Below, in pieces: positions 21,901 to 32,262 of a stretch of DNA of 64,000 nt; positions within the stretch are counted from its first letter, which is position 1, and every line of letters begins with the position of its first letter. The notes below the pieces were generated by a model that worked only from the letters and a program-made list of their open reading frames with translations, ran no database searches and had not been told where the DNA came from. The translations under genes were made by a program, and so were the position numbers. This stretch comes from Candidatus Woesearchaeota archaeon (GTDB taxonomy: Archaea > Nanobdellota > Nanobdellia > Woesearchaeales > JACJVV01): the NCBI GenBank assembly GCA_020637495.1, contig JACJVV010000002.1, positions 64,089 through 128,088 of the forward strand. The letters are read 5' to 3'.

Positions 21901-23816
21901 TTTGCTATTGCAGATTTTCGTATTGCGTCTGCAACCTTTGCAGGCTTGCAATTATTAAGCCTGTCAAGTATCTTTCTCCATCTGTAGCCGAAGCTTCCTC
22001 CAGGATGGAAATGCCTGAAGAAGAAGTAATGATCAAAATCTGCTTTCTTGTTATGATAATTATCCTGTATCTGGGCAATCGTCCTCTCTACAGAAGAACA
22101 ATAAGCCTCTATGCATGCTTCATAATCATGCAGATGCTTTCTCCTGTTCTTCAATGGTGCAGAAAATAGATGTGCTGTATCTTCCATGTTCTTCTTGTAC
22201 TCTGCAAAAAGCCCTTCAATATTTATTACCTTCATATCTGTCACAACCTCATCATCAAGGAATACAACCTCATTCCCTTTATCGAAGAATGAATTCATAG
22301 AGTTGTCTCTTCTGCCTGCAACAATATCATATGCTGCCAAGTCACCAAGCATGGTGAAGAACTTGATGTCAAATTCTGGCCTGCCGAAATAAGTGGGTGA
22401 GACTTTATGGGTTGCAACCGCATAGATATAATCCAGTTCCATGTATCCCATCCCTATCTCAACATCGTCGACAAGTGCTGTTATCTCTTTGAAATCATGG
22501 TTTACTATAGGGGCTCCCAATTTCTTTATTCCTTTATATTTGTCTTTTGTATGCCTTCTGTAATCGCCTGCAAGGCTCTTTGCTTCATGCAATTCCTTGC
22601 CCTGCATGAAATAATGTGGAACGTCCCATTTGAGCATCCTGATGACTTTAACGATTGGCTCTTCTCTGCCATGCACCCTAATCTCTGCAAGCAATGTTTC
22701 TTTCATTCCTTCTGTAGGCTTAATGGATACGCCCTGCCCGACTTTTCCAATATTTATCTCTATTATCCTGCTGTATTCAGACCTGAAGTTATTTATGAAT
22801 TCAGGGACGCGTGCATCGCATAAGTCTTCAAGCCCTTCTGGGTTGTCTTCATATTCTATTAGTATTGGATCAGTCTCTATATCTCCCTCGCTTATCCTTG
22901 CTCCTGGAAGCCATTGAGTATGGTATTTGAAAGCGTCAAGACCAAGTTTCTCCTCTTCCAATACCTCATGCGGTTCTTCGGAATTCTCAGCCATCAATAG
23001 GGAGTACATCTTGTTCAGCCACTCTGTATTGCGGATATCATCGACCCTGAAGACATTCTTTGTGGTGCTCTCCATCAATTCCTTGAGGGCAGAATATTTC
23101 TCTCTTACCTCTCTTGGGTTCATATGCTCATACATCACGTTGAACTTCTCTGTCGGCATGTTCGACATGAAAAGCTCAAGCTCGACATTTCCTATCTTGT
23201 TCTCTTTTCCGATATAATCCCTGATGAATATCATATGCTGACGTAGCTCGTCATCATTCATACTCTCAAACTTTCCGAACTGTTCTAAGGTAAGAATCCT
23301 TGTTCCCGTCTCATAACAATAGTAGAATACTTTCTGGTCATCATATACTGACATCAATGATTGAGTCACACTGTTTCTTATATCTTCCAGTGTTTTTGGC
23401 TTAGGGCTTATCCTCCATAATTGTCCTCTGCTTTTTATGTAATCCCTTGCTTTATCATCGTGCACTCTTGTGAATTTAATGAATGGGAGCTTCCTGTATC
23501 CAAGCAATGTGCTTATCATCTCATCTGCCTTGAATACACTATCCATGTCATCAGTGCATCTTATGTAGACATTAGTGTTGTCCATGTTTATGTCAACTAC
23601 ATTGTCATACATCTCAGATATCTGGTCAGAACTCATCTTAGGTTTACCAATATCTGCTAGATGCTTATTATGTGCATCCATTATCTGCATTGCCAAGACA
23701 CCATGAGGCATGTTGCCTGTTATTATTGCATCTATAGAAGGGAATACGCAACCCACCTTTGCTGTTACATTTCCACTATTATCCTTTTCTAAAGGCTTAG
23801 GTCCGTAGATATTCAT
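21897..23816 (-). CDS. AceK-like (isocitrate dehydrogenase kinase/phosphatase family) protein
   Basis: C-terminal LGDLAAYDIVAGRRDNSMNSFF..GNEVVFLDDEVVTDMKVINIEG parallels AceK [44 protein letters not shown]. Length is similar to AceK. Confidence 0.35.
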   Translation of the reverse strand: MNIYGPKPLEKDNSGNVTAKVGCVFPSIDAIITGNMPHGVLAMQIMDAHNKHLADIGKPKMSSDQISEMYDNVVDINMDNTNVYIRCTDDMDSVFKADEMISTLLGYRKLPFIKFTRVHDDKARDYIKSRGQLWRISPKPKTLEDIRNSVTQSLMSVYDDQKVFYYCYETGTRILTLEQFGKFESMNDDELRQHMIFIRDYIGKENKIGNVELELFMSNMPTEKFNVMYEHMNPREVREKYSALKELMESTTKNVFRVDDIRNTEWLNKMYSLLMAENSEEPHEVLEEEKLGLDAFKYHTQWLPGARISEGDIETDPILIEYEDNPEGLEDLCDARVPEFINNFRSEYSRIIEINIGKVGQGVSIKPTEGMKETLLAEIRVHGREEPIVKVIRMLKWDVPHYFMQGKELHEAKSLAGDYRRHTKDKYKGIKKLGAPIVNHDFKEITALVDDVEIGMGYMELDYIYAVATHKVSPTYFGRPEFDIKFFTMLGDLAAYDIVAGRRDNSMNSFFDKGNEVVFLDDEVVTDMKVINIEGLFAEYKKNMEDTAHLFSAPLKNRRKHLHDYEACIEAYCSSVERTIAQIQDNYHNKKADFDHYFFFRHFHPGGSFGYRWRKILDRLNNCKPAKVADAIRKSAIAN

Positions 23817-23927
23817 GGATCAAGAAGTGATTATTATTGCCTTTTTATATATTATTGATACTGAGAATATGTTCGTTAATTCAACGGAAAAATAAAGAAA
23901 AAGGAATAAAAAAGAGTATTAAAATGA

Positions 23928-24539
23928 CTATTTACTACAGCATTCTTCACTCTTTTTAAGGTTGTGGTTCACCTGTTCCCAGTTTATTACGCTCCAGAAT
24001 GCCTCGATGTATTCTGGTCTTCTATTCTGGTATTTCAGGTAATATGCATGCTCCCATACATCTAATCCTAATATCGGCTCCATGCCTTGTGATATTGGTG
24101 AATCCTGATTAGGGGTCTGTATGATCTTCAGCTCATCGCCATCTTTGACAAGCCATGTCCATCCTGATCCGAATAACGTAGCAGCAGCATTGCTGAACTC
24201 TTCCTTGAATTTATCGAATGAACCCCACTTTGCTTCAATAGCATCCTTGATAGGTCCATCAAATGGGACATCTTTCTTCAGTAGCTTCCAGAAGAATTTG
24301 TGGTTTATCTGTCCACCACCATTATTCCTTACAGCTGCCCTTATGTTCTCTGGGACCTTGCTCAGGTCTCTCAATGCACAGCATGCGCATTTGCCTTCGA
24401 ATTCTGTCCCTTTTACAGCAGTAGCATATTTTGTCCTGTATCCGATGTAATGCTTATCGTGATGAACCTGCATCGTCTCCTTGTCGATGAACGGTTCCAA
24501 TGCGTCATATGCATATGGTAATTTAATTTCTTCTGTCAT
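23928..24539 (-). CDS. sodA: Fe/Mn superoxide dismutase
   Basis: [25 protein letters not shown] and [19 protein letters not shown] are canonical, with a Cys-containing insert. Confidence 0.85.
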   Translation of the reverse strand: MTEEIKLPYAYDALEPFIDKETMQVHHDKHYIGYRTKYATAVKGTEFEGKCACCALRDLSKVPENIRAAVRNNGGGQINHKFFWKLLKKDVPFDGPIKDAIEAKWGSFDKFKEEFSNAAATLFGSGWTWLVKDGDELKIIQTPNQDSPISQGMEPILGLDVWEHAYYLKYQNRRPEYIEAFWSVINWEQVNHNLKKSEECCSK

Positions 24540-24682
24540 AATTCATAACCTCCATTAGAATCTCATATGTTCTATGTATTTGTGTGCTTGTTGATTAAAT
24601 ATAAACTTTATGAATTTAACTTCCAGTTTTATTATAAAGTTCTCTTTGTTACCAATAGGATAGTTCGTATAGAGGTAGAACA

Positions 24683-25315
24683 ATGAAGAAGATAATAGTT
24701 GCTCCTGTAGGAGATTATATGGATGACCTTTTTGTAGGGATAAGGGAATTTGCGACAGAGAAGGTTATACTCCTTACTCCGAAGAAAAGGATCAAGGATG
24801 CTCAGGATGCCAAGGAAGCCCTTGATAAGTTCAAGATCCCAACTAAGATAGTGCATATTGGCGATCATGTCTGGGAAGAGATGTTCAAGGAGATAGCCAA
24901 CATAAGAAAAGTTGAGGGAGATGGCATAATGATAAATGTCTCAACAGGTGATCGTGACAGTAGATGCGCAGCGACATCAGCAGCATTTGTAAATGGTCTA
25001 AAGGCATTTTCTATAAGTGATAACCAGGCAATGATGCTTCCTGTGCTGAAATTCTCTTATTACAAGCTATTGACAGATAAGAAGATGGAGATATTGAAGA
25101 TACTCTACAACGACAAGACTTGCTGTTCCTCTTTGGATGAGCTCAGCAAGAAGACAAGGATGTCATTGCCATTGTTGTCATATCATATCAACGGCACGAC
25201 TAAAAGCCAAGGCTTGAAGCAGATGGAGCTTGTTTCAAGCATGGAAGAGAAAGGGAAGATAAAGGTTAATCTGACATTCTTGGGAAGGATGCTGATAAAA
25301 GGGTATATTGAGTGA
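24683..25315 (+). CDS. Csa3-like CARF plus wHTH regulator (orphan, no CRISPR nearby)
   Basis: N-terminal Rossmann-like MKKIIVAPVG...KVILLTPKK and C-terminal KILYNDK..SLDELSKKT, similar to Csa3 architecture (LLNVLYETKG..ITELAKML). Confidence 0.35.
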   Translation: MKKIIVAPVGDYMDDLFVGIREFATEKVILLTPKKRIKDAQDAKEALDKFKIPTKIVHIGDHVWEEMFKEIANIRKVEGDGIMINVSTGDRDSRCAATSAAFVNGLKAFSISDNQAMMLPVLKFSYYKLLTDKKMEILKILYNDKTCCSSLDELSKKTRMSLPLLSYHINGTTKSQGLKQMELVSSMEEKGKIKVNLTFLGRMLIKGYIE

Positions 25316-25354
25316 TTTATTTGTCGTAGATATCATAGGATTTATTCTTTATTC

Positions 25355-26407
25355 TCATCTGCTTGCAGCCTCGATAGCAGCAGCGATCTCATCTTTTCTT
25401 GGATCGCCTGTGCTTGCAATCCCATTTGATGAAGGTTTCTTCTTCTCGATCTTCTCAGACATTATCTCAGCTTCTCGTCTGATCTCTATGGTCTCCATCT
25501 TCTTCTCTTCTTTTAGATTAACTATGTATGTCTCATCAGCGATCTTTGCTGCGACTTTCTTGTTGTCTGGCTTGCTTGACATTGGCTTTCCTGTCAATTC
25601 AAGTCCGTCGTCCTGCTTTCTTGGCAGTATGTGGATGCTGACCTTGCCATCATTATCGCCTGAATGTCCAGTCTTGAGTATTATGTTTGATCCTTGTGCA
25701 CCTAATCCTTCAAAGACAGCAGTCGCACAGATTGATGCAGCATAGAAAATATGTGCAGAATCCATCTCATTCATATCCTCAAAATCCTTGACATCTTTAG
25801 GTATGACTTCTAAGTGTCCTACGCATTGAGGATTCAAAGGAAGTGTGCATATGACCTTCTCATCCTCATAGAGATGTTTGGTATTCCTGAAATCCTGCTT
25901 TCGCCATTCAGCAGGATTCTTCTGGAAATGATTGTTCATCATTATCGGAAGGTTCTGTGCAAGCATGTGGACTGCTTGTTTCAATTGTGAATCATCAATC
26001 TCTTTTTTCTTTCCAAAGCCATACAAGTCCAATTTATCTCCGCTTTCACGAGGAAGGACGTGGATAAGAAAATGTGGGCTTTGTTGTCCTGCGACTGCTC
26101 CATTTGCAATGACTACATTTGCACCGGTAGAGAGCATTGCTTTTTTTAGAGCCTTCACGAATTTAGGCAATTTTCCGAAAAGATGCTTGAAATCTTCAGC
26201 AGGGATATAGGGCATGATTGGATAATGCTCTTTTGGCATCAATAGCACATGACCTTTCACCCAAGGATTTATGTCAAGGACACCATGTATCTTGTCATCA
26301 GAATATACTTTCTCAGCAGGTATGTCTCCTGCGATTATCTTACAGAATGGGCATTGCTTCTTTGCTTCATCAAGCTGCTTCCTGACTTCTGGTGTAATCT
26401 CTACCAT
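25355..26407 (-). CDS. GalT-like tandem HIT-fold nucleotidyltransferase/phosphorylase
   Basis: N-terminal CPFC zinc motif and two HIT-like halves (PHFLIHVLPR and KVSIHILPRK). Basic C-terminal tail. Confidence 0.45.
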   Translation of the reverse strand: MVEITPEVRKQLDEAKKQCPFCKIIAGDIPAEKVYSDDKIHGVLDINPWVKGHVLLMPKEHYPIMPYIPAEDFKHLFGKLPKFVKALKKAMLSTGANVVIANGAVAGQQSPHFLIHVLPRESGDKLDLYGFGKKKEIDDSQLKQAVHMLAQNLPIMMNNHFQKNPAEWRKQDFRNTKHLYEDEKVICTLPLNPQCVGHLEVIPKDVKDFEDMNEMDSAHIFYAASICATAVFEGLGAQGSNIILKTGHSGDNDGKVSIHILPRKQDDGLELTGKPMSSKPDNKKVAAKIADETYIVNLKEEKKMETIEIRREAEIMSEKIEKKKPSSNGIASTGDPRKDEIAAAIEAASR

Positions 26408-26470
26408 GAATTTATTACCTGAACCATCATTTATAAACTTTTCGTTTATTTACTACTAAAAGGTGACAAA

Positions 26471-26830
26471 TTAAACTCTATTTAGAAGATCTGTAATAGT
26501 TGCATATTTCTTGTAGGTCATCCTTAGCTGGGTATTGCCATCACCAACTATGCTTACATGGCTATTGAAACCTGCTTTCATACCCTCAAAGACTTGTTTT
26601 TCAAACTCTTGCTTATCTGTGAACTTTCCTCTATGATCCCAGTATTCAATAGCTCCAATTCCGTTTGTAAGCATGAACTCAGCTGCAGCAAGTGTATAGG
26701 CTGTCCCGTTATCATCACGTGATCTGATATGGGATTGAGCTTTTTCCATCTTGACTTTGTCGATGACATCATCAAGCATTGTTGTAGTGTATATCTCTTC
26801 CCCTTTCTGAAGTATTGAATATATTGTCAT
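26471..26830 (-). CDS. Hypothetical protein
   Basis: 119-aa ORF downstream of the HIT gene. Confidence 0.3.
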   Translation of the reverse strand: MTIYSILQKGEEIYTTTMLDDVIDKVKMEKAQSHIRSRDDNGTAYTLAAAEFMLTNGIGAIEYWDHRGKFTDKQEFEKQVFEGMKAGFNSHVSIVGDGNTQLRMTYKKYATITDLLNRV

Positions 26831-26871
26831 GTTGATAAGAATGCTTGACCTTATTTAAATCTAACTGATGT

Positions 26872-27669
26872 TCATCTGATCTTTTTCAAAGATTCTTTCA
26901 CGAAGCTAATCTCTTTTTGTTCATCATCTGATGGTTCATCTTTCCTTTTCTTGACAGGCACATTTTTCTTCACGATCTTTACAGCAGCCTTGCTGATGTT
27001 TCTTGTAGCTTTTGTAAAAGAGAATCCTAGCACGGTGACAGAGAATATCACGATGACTACAGTGGCTATCAGGAATAGCATCCAGCTGAATGTGCCTGTT
27101 GCAAGAAGATTATCGAAGAAATCCCCGAAGAATTTAGTATAGAATGCATTGATGAGCAACACTGACCCACCTGCTGCAAAACAGTGGAAGACCTGTTCTG
27201 GGAATGACCTATGCGGAAGTATAAGGCTTATCAGGATATATCCAGGTATCCTTAGGATTGAATAGATAACAACGACTGCAAATATGTTTCCTCCTGTCAA
27301 CGCATACATCAAAGGGACAAACAATGCCAATATCGCCTGAAGCAATGCATCCTTGAAGACGGCAATCCATGGCAGATATGCTCCGCATAACCTTGGATAC
27401 ATGTTCCAGAATAATGTAAAAGCCACTGCTTCAAATGGTCCTATATGCACAGCTATGAAAACAGTGAATATGTCTACAAAATCAAGCATGTAGAGGAACC
27501 GAATCGGTTCCATTATGCAGAATCCTGGAAGATTTGTCCAGAAAGCTATCAATGAGAAAAGCATGATTGTCGCGAAGAGAGGGCTGAATGGCAATGCTAA
27601 TATCGTAAGGACGTAGAGCACTGCTGTAGTCGCTATTATCAATGGCCAATTGAATGAAAACATATCCAA
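26872..27669 (-). CDS. Multipass membrane protein, paralog family copy 2
   Basis: TTAVLYVLTILALPFS, TNLPG, FYTKFFGDFFDNLL and a KK-rich tail. Confidence 0.55.
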   Translation of the reverse strand: MDMFSFNWPLIIATTAVLYVLTILALPFSPLFATIMLFSLIAFWTNLPGFCIMEPIRFLYMLDFVDIFTVFIAVHIGPFEAVAFTLFWNMYPRLCGAYLPWIAVFKDALLQAILALFVPLMYALTGGNIFAVVVIYSILRIPGYILISLILPHRSFPEQVFHCFAAGGSVLLINAFYTKFFGDFFDNLLATGTFSWMLFLIATVVIVIFSVTVLGFSFTKATRNISKAAVKIVKKNVPVKKRKDEPSDDEQKEISFVKESLKKIR

Positions 27670-27702
27670 GAAAATTAGTTTTGCAGATATAAAGTTATCG
27701 CA

Positions 27703-28554
27703 TTGTTTTATATATTCAGCAGTGTTCTCCTTGCTATGAAACTCAAAGAGATAATAGCAGCGACACTCCTGACATCTTTAACATTGAATGCTCAACAAAT
27801 AAGTCCTATTAATTTAGCAATTAATCCTTTCTCATTTAATGACAAGCATAAAATGGAATATGCAGGTGATCATGACGCTGCAATTGCTCATATTTATCAA
27901 GATGTAGATTTCAATATACCTTCAGAGAGGGGTTTCTTGTATGATTTCGGTTCACAAGGACTTTATGATATAACTGAGACTTCAGCATTGAACATCTCTG
28001 GAAATATAATCTTGTCTATTGATTTTGATGTTTTTACAGATCTCATCAAAGGTTTTGATAAGGTTATACTGTATCACACACATCCGAATGATACTCAAAA
28101 AGAACAGGAGTTCATGAGTACTGCGACTACAGATGGACAAAAAGCTGTTGTGCAGAAATATTTTGCATGTAATCCACTTCCTTCATTGGAAGATCTTGAT
28201 TTTATGAAGACTTGGTACGGCTATTCACAATCAACTAACCAAGACATAGAACTTATTTTCGGGATAATATCTCAAGATTATGTAATATATTTTGGCATAT
28301 CAGAAGAATTCCGAGAGAAGTTTGCTAGGATGAATTCAGTTGATTCTTCGACTGATTTTATGGGAACAATATCAGCGCTCAACTCAGCTACTTCTATACA
28401 TATGATGCATAGATCGCAGAAGATAAGGTATGAAAGCATACTTTCTGATGCTATCATGAATGGAGAATATAGCTCCGACTGGATTCCTGAATTATGCAGA
28501 AGGCTAAGTAATGAGTATTTTTTGATTGAGGCAAAACCACGTTCAGAATTTTAA
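27703..28554 (+). CDS. Hypothetical secreted protein (possible start at the ATG at 27736). Carries an HTHP motif
   Basis: N-terminal hydrophobic signal-like segment. The YHTHPN motif is reminiscent of a JAMM site but the S-x2-D spacing is non-canonical. Confidence 0.3.
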   Translation: MFYIFSSVLLAMKLKEIIAATLLTSLTLNAQQISPINLAINPFSFNDKHKMEYAGDHDAAIAHIYQDVDFNIPSERGFLYDFGSQGLYDITETSALNISGNIILSIDFDVFTDLIKGFDKVILYHTHPNDTQKEQEFMSTATTDGQKAVVQKYFACNPLPSLEDLDFMKTWYGYSQSTNQDIELIFGIISQDYVIYFGISEEFREKFARMNSVDSSTDFMGTISALNSATSIHMMHRSQKIRYESILSDAIMNGEYSSDWIPELCRRLSNEYFLIEAKPRSEF

Positions 28555-29163
28555 TTTGCTCTTAGGAATATTTTGAAATTTAAGTATATCTTCCTTCTCC
28601 TTGAACCCTTTCTCAGAAAGCATGTCAACCATGTTGTTGAATATTCCGACTGTTGCATGGACATCGGCCATCGCTCTATGCGCTTGTATATTCTGTACGC
28701 CAAAATGTTCGCAAAGGCATCCTAGTTTCTTGCTCCGTAGATCAGGCAATAACCTGTTTGCAATCTTTCTTGTACAGATGCGTTCATTCCCTAGCTGTAT
28801 ATTATTTGTCAATGCATTATGGCTAAGGAAACCATAGTCAAATGCTGCATTATGCGCAACAAGAACATTATCTCCTAAGAAATCAGCGAATTTAGGGATC
28901 ACATCTTCAATCCTAGGGGCATCCTTTACCATCTCATCATCTATCCCTGTAAGTCTTGTGATAAAACCAGGGATCCTGACACCGGGATTGACTAATGTCT
29001 GGAACTCATCAACGATTTTGCCATCCTCGATTCTTGCTGCAGCAATCTCAGTTATCCTATGCCTATGCTTTGAAAGCCCTGTCGTCTCAATGTCAACTAC
29101 TGTATACACCATCTTGAATATATCCCAAGAGCAATTATTTAAAACATTTTCCAAGAACAGCAT
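28543..29163 (-). CDS. DnaQ-like 3'-5' exonuclease (DEDDh)
   Basis: Exo I VVDIETTG, Exo II LVAHNAAFD and Exo III HRAMADVHAT. Confidence 0.7.
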   Translation of the reverse strand: MLFLENVLNNCSWDIFKMVYTVVDIETTGLSKHRHRITEIAAARIEDGKIVDEFQTLVNPGVRIPGFITRLTGIDDEMVKDAPRIEDVIPKFADFLGDNVLVAHNAAFDYGFLSHNALTNNIQLGNERICTRKIANRLLPDLRSKKLGCLCEHFGVQNIQAHRAMADVHATVGIFNNMVDMLSEKGFKEKEDILKFQNIPKSKLKF

Positions 29164-29203
29164 TACAATAATATTTTTATATCACAGGCATCCGCAATTT
29201 AAT

Positions 29204-30463
29204 ATGGCAGAGAATAACACAACTAAAGATATCAAACGAATAGGCATAATAACCTCAGGCGGAGATTGTGGTGGCCTTAATGCGGTGATCAAAGGAGTTG
29301 CATCAATGGCAAATGCGCTTGGAATCGTCCCATTAGTCATACCTAATGGTTATGCTGGATTATATAACCTGATTGATCTTCCTGACGACAAGCTTACAGT
29401 ATTGTCAAATAAGAGGCTTAGTGTTTTCAGCGCGACTGTTGCAGGCTCTGAAGCAGGCCATTCACGTGTCAAGATTTCAAAGATAAAGGATGAGAATAAA
29501 TATGATAGGATAAAACAGGGGCTTGCAAAGCATAAGATCGATGCATTGGTAGTATCTGGAGGAGATGACAGCGGAAGTGTTGTTGTTGATCTTTGTGATA
29601 ATGGCATTCCAACAAACCACGCTCCAAAGACAATGGACCTTGACCTTCAGACATACAGCGTTGGTGGAGATTCTACCCTTAACAACATCGCAAGGGCTAT
29701 TGAGGATCTCAAGACGACAGCTAAGACACATAACAGGATAATGGTCCTCGAAGTCTTCGGAAGATATGTGGGGCATTCAGCTTTCAGAGGCGGTGTTGCA
29801 GGAGATGCAGACTGCATACTCATACCTGAGATAGTCCCTGATTTTGATGTCATATATGATCATATGTCTAAAGCATTCACTGAAAGAGTATTGCATAGTG
29901 ATGTCCACACTGGTAACTATATGATTGTTGCAGCAGAAGCTATGAAAGGCGATCCAGAGAAAGATGATGTAAATGAGGAAGGTTTCCTAGTCGACAAAAC
30001 AGCAGATCCTGATGCTTTCGGGCATTATCCATTGGTCGGTGCAGGAAAGAAAGTTGAGAAAGAGCTAAAAGCAAGGCTTAAGAAGGATGAAAGGATGAAG
30101 ATGTTCATGAAACAGGCAGGCATGTATGTTGAAGGCCAGTATGAGATTCCTGAAGTGAGGGTGATCAGACCTACTCATCTGATGAGATGCGGAGACAGCA
30201 GCGCTTTTGACGTGAATTTTGGCAGAGAAGCAGGTGCTGGAGCAGTCTATCTTCTGACACAAGGCATTTATGGGATTACATGTGCAGGCGTAAGCAATGG
30301 CATGATCCAATACCTCCCTACGAAAGAGGCGATAAAGCAGAATCCGGTGAATCTTGATCAGGTATCCTTGTTCGAGATGCAGGGAATATGTTTTGGCAGG
30401 AAGCCGCAAGGATTCAATCCAGGATTGACAGAACTGAAAGGCAAGATATTAAGACATATCTAG
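29204..30463 (+). CDS. pfk: 6-phosphofructokinase (PFK-A family, ATP- or PPi-dependent)
   Basis: IGIITSGGDCGGLNAVI, LVVSGGDDS and MVLEVFGR. Start chosen at the first in-frame ATG before the conserved N-terminus. Confidence 0.7.
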   Translation: MAENNTTKDIKRIGIITSGGDCGGLNAVIKGVASMANALGIVPLVIPNGYAGLYNLIDLPDDKLTVLSNKRLSVFSATVAGSEAGHSRVKISKIKDENKYDRIKQGLAKHKIDALVVSGGDDSGSVVVDLCDNGIPTNHAPKTMDLDLQTYSVGGDSTLNNIARAIEDLKTTAKTHNRIMVLEVFGRYVGHSAFRGGVAGDADCILIPEIVPDFDVIYDHMSKAFTERVLHSDVHTGNYMIVAAEAMKGDPEKDDVNEEGFLVDKTADPDAFGHYPLVGAGKKVEKELKARLKKDERMKMFMKQAGMYVEGQYEIPEVRVIRPTHLMRCGDSSAFDVNFGREAGAGAVYLLTQGIYGITCAGVSNGMIQYLPTKEAIKQNPVNLDQVSLFEMQGICFGRKPQGFNPGLTELKGKILRHI

Positions 30464-30479
30464 GCTGTGGTGATTTCTC

Positions 30480-31295
30480 TCAGATTATTCTTTTTATATT
30501 GAGCAGTATATCATTATCAGATATCGACTCCTCGTTCCCTTTCTTCTTCTCGTCATTGCCAGAAAATATATTCAGCACTTTTCTTAACAGATATCCCTGG
30601 TGCATGTATTTGCTTGATTTTTTCCCAGTCAATCCAAGGTAAAGCAAAGCTACGACTATTGTTGCAAAGATGAAAAGAGGCCAACTGAATTTTGCACCGC
30701 CACTAAGCAATCCATCGAAGAAAGGACCAAAGTATTTTGCATAGAAACCATTGACTGCTAAGGTGACAAAAGTTACACCAGTCCACATGACTGCAAACTG
30801 GAATGGTCCTGGTACAGGATATACAAACCATAATATTATGAAACCAATCCTTCTTATTATCGTGAATATCATCATGCACAGGAATATATCCTGGCCAGAT
30901 AATGCATATATCCAAGGGACAAACAGGCAGATTACTGCCATTATTATGCCATCTTTCACAACACCGCTGAAGTAGGGGGTTATTCCTGCAACCCTTGACC
31001 ATATGTTTCCGAAGAGCGAGAAGACAGCTCCTGTAAATGGATCGATATGTATCGCAATGAGCATGCTGAGTATGTCGACGACGTCCATCTGGTATAGTAT
31101 GAAGAATGGGGATGGGATTCCACACCCAGGGAGTCTGCTCCAGTATGCGATCAGTGCAAACAGGAATATTGTGCTGAATTCTCTATTGAAAGGAAATGTG
31201 ATCAATATGAGTGCATACAATACTGCTGTCGTCGCAAGTACAAAAGGCCAATGCAGTCCAATCATCTTGCTCATCTTTTCATCACGTCCAGCCAT
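30480..31295 (-). CDS. Multipass membrane protein, paralog family copy 3
   Basis: ATTAVLYALILITFPFN, SRLPG, FYAKYFGPFFDGLL and a charged tail. Confidence 0.55.
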   Translation of the reverse strand: MAGRDEKMSKMIGLHWPFVLATTAVLYALILITFPFNREFSTIFLFALIAYWSRLPGCGIPSPFFILYQMDVVDILSMLIAIHIDPFTGAVFSLFGNIWSRVAGITPYFSGVVKDGIIMAVICLFVPWIYALSGQDIFLCMMIFTIIRRIGFIILWFVYPVPGPFQFAVMWTGVTFVTLAVNGFYAKYFGPFFDGLLSGGAKFSWPLFIFATIVVALLYLGLTGKKSSKYMHQGYLLRKVLNIFSGNDEKKKGNEESISDNDILLNIKRII

Positions 31296-31404
31296 CTGCT
31301 GTAGAATCCATTTGGAGCAAGAATCACGAGATTAGCCAAGCAATTTTCACAGAAATTATCTTCACCTAAGTTCTTATGCTTGCATCTTGGACAGGTTGTG
31401 TGTC

Positions 31405-32142
31405 TCATCTTAAGTCCTCCAGAAGAATTACCTTGAAATGATATCTAGTAGAATCCTTTGCAATGCTCTGAAGACCATATCCTGTATCCTGCAACAGCCT
31501 CCTCTCAGTCTTCCAACTATATCTTGGTCCAAGAGACTCAGGATCATTCTCATGTCCTGCAAAATCCCAATGACATACTGCCATCCTTGGAGAATATTCC
31601 TTAGCTATCCTGTAAAGTTCTTTGGCTTTCTCTTCACCGAAGCACATTGTTCTTGAGATTGGTTCATCAGCTAATGGATCTCCTGGGAAGAATGGGGGAT
31701 TTGCGATTATCAAATCAGCTTTCTCTTTTACGTTGCTGAAAAGATCGCTCTGTATTATCTCTGCTCTATTTTCAAGGCCATATTGCCTGATATTCTCTGC
31801 TGTATTCTGGCAAGCCTCACGAGAGGAATCAACAAAGGTTACATATCCTGCTCCGCTCAAGAGAGCTACAATGCCTTGGATACCTCCCCCGCAGCACATA
31901 TCGATGACATGCTTCTTTTGATACTCGCAATTATTATATCTCACCCATCTTGCAAACTCTACTGCAGTCATCTTATCCGATTGGAAGACATCTTTATTGA
32001 GGATATAATCCTTCAATACAAATTCAGGAGTTAAGTGGATATCAGTAATCTTGCTAATATCTTGCTGAAACCTTTCCTTGAAAGATCTTATCTGCAATCT
32101 GACCTGCTCTTGCTTCTTTACATCCATTTCATTGAATCTCAT
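31405..32142 (-). CDS. Class I SAM methyltransferase with NPPF motif (HemK/Mtq2-like N5-glutamine or N6-adenine type)
   Basis: VIDMCCGGGIQGI (motif I) and LIIANPPFFPGDP (motif IV). Confidence 0.55.
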   Translation of the reverse strand: MRFNEMDVKKQEQVRLQIRSFKERFQQDISKITDIHLTPEFVLKDYILNKDVFQSDKMTAVEFARWVRYNNCEYQKKHVIDMCCGGGIQGIVALLSGAGYVTFVDSSREACQNTAENIRQYGLENRAEIIQSDLFSNVKEKADLIIANPPFFPGDPLADEPISRTMCFGEEKAKELYRIAKEYSPRMAVCHWDFAGHENDPESLGPRYSWKTERRLLQDTGYGLQSIAKDSTRYHFKVILLEDLR

Positions 32143-32262
32143 AGTATCACCCCATTGACTAATTATTACTACTCTAAAGTGAATTTAATATTTATTAATT
32201 ATGTACTACCTAGGGGGTCTATAATTAGTAATATTTATATATCAAAGAAAGACACAGTAAGC

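Noticed and set aside
27703-28554. Calling the secreted protein a JAMM/MPN metalloprotease on the basis of YHTHPN
   Set aside because: The downstream Ser/Asp are about 30 residues away rather than the canonical H-x-H-x7-S-x2-D spacing, so the motif match alone is insufficient.
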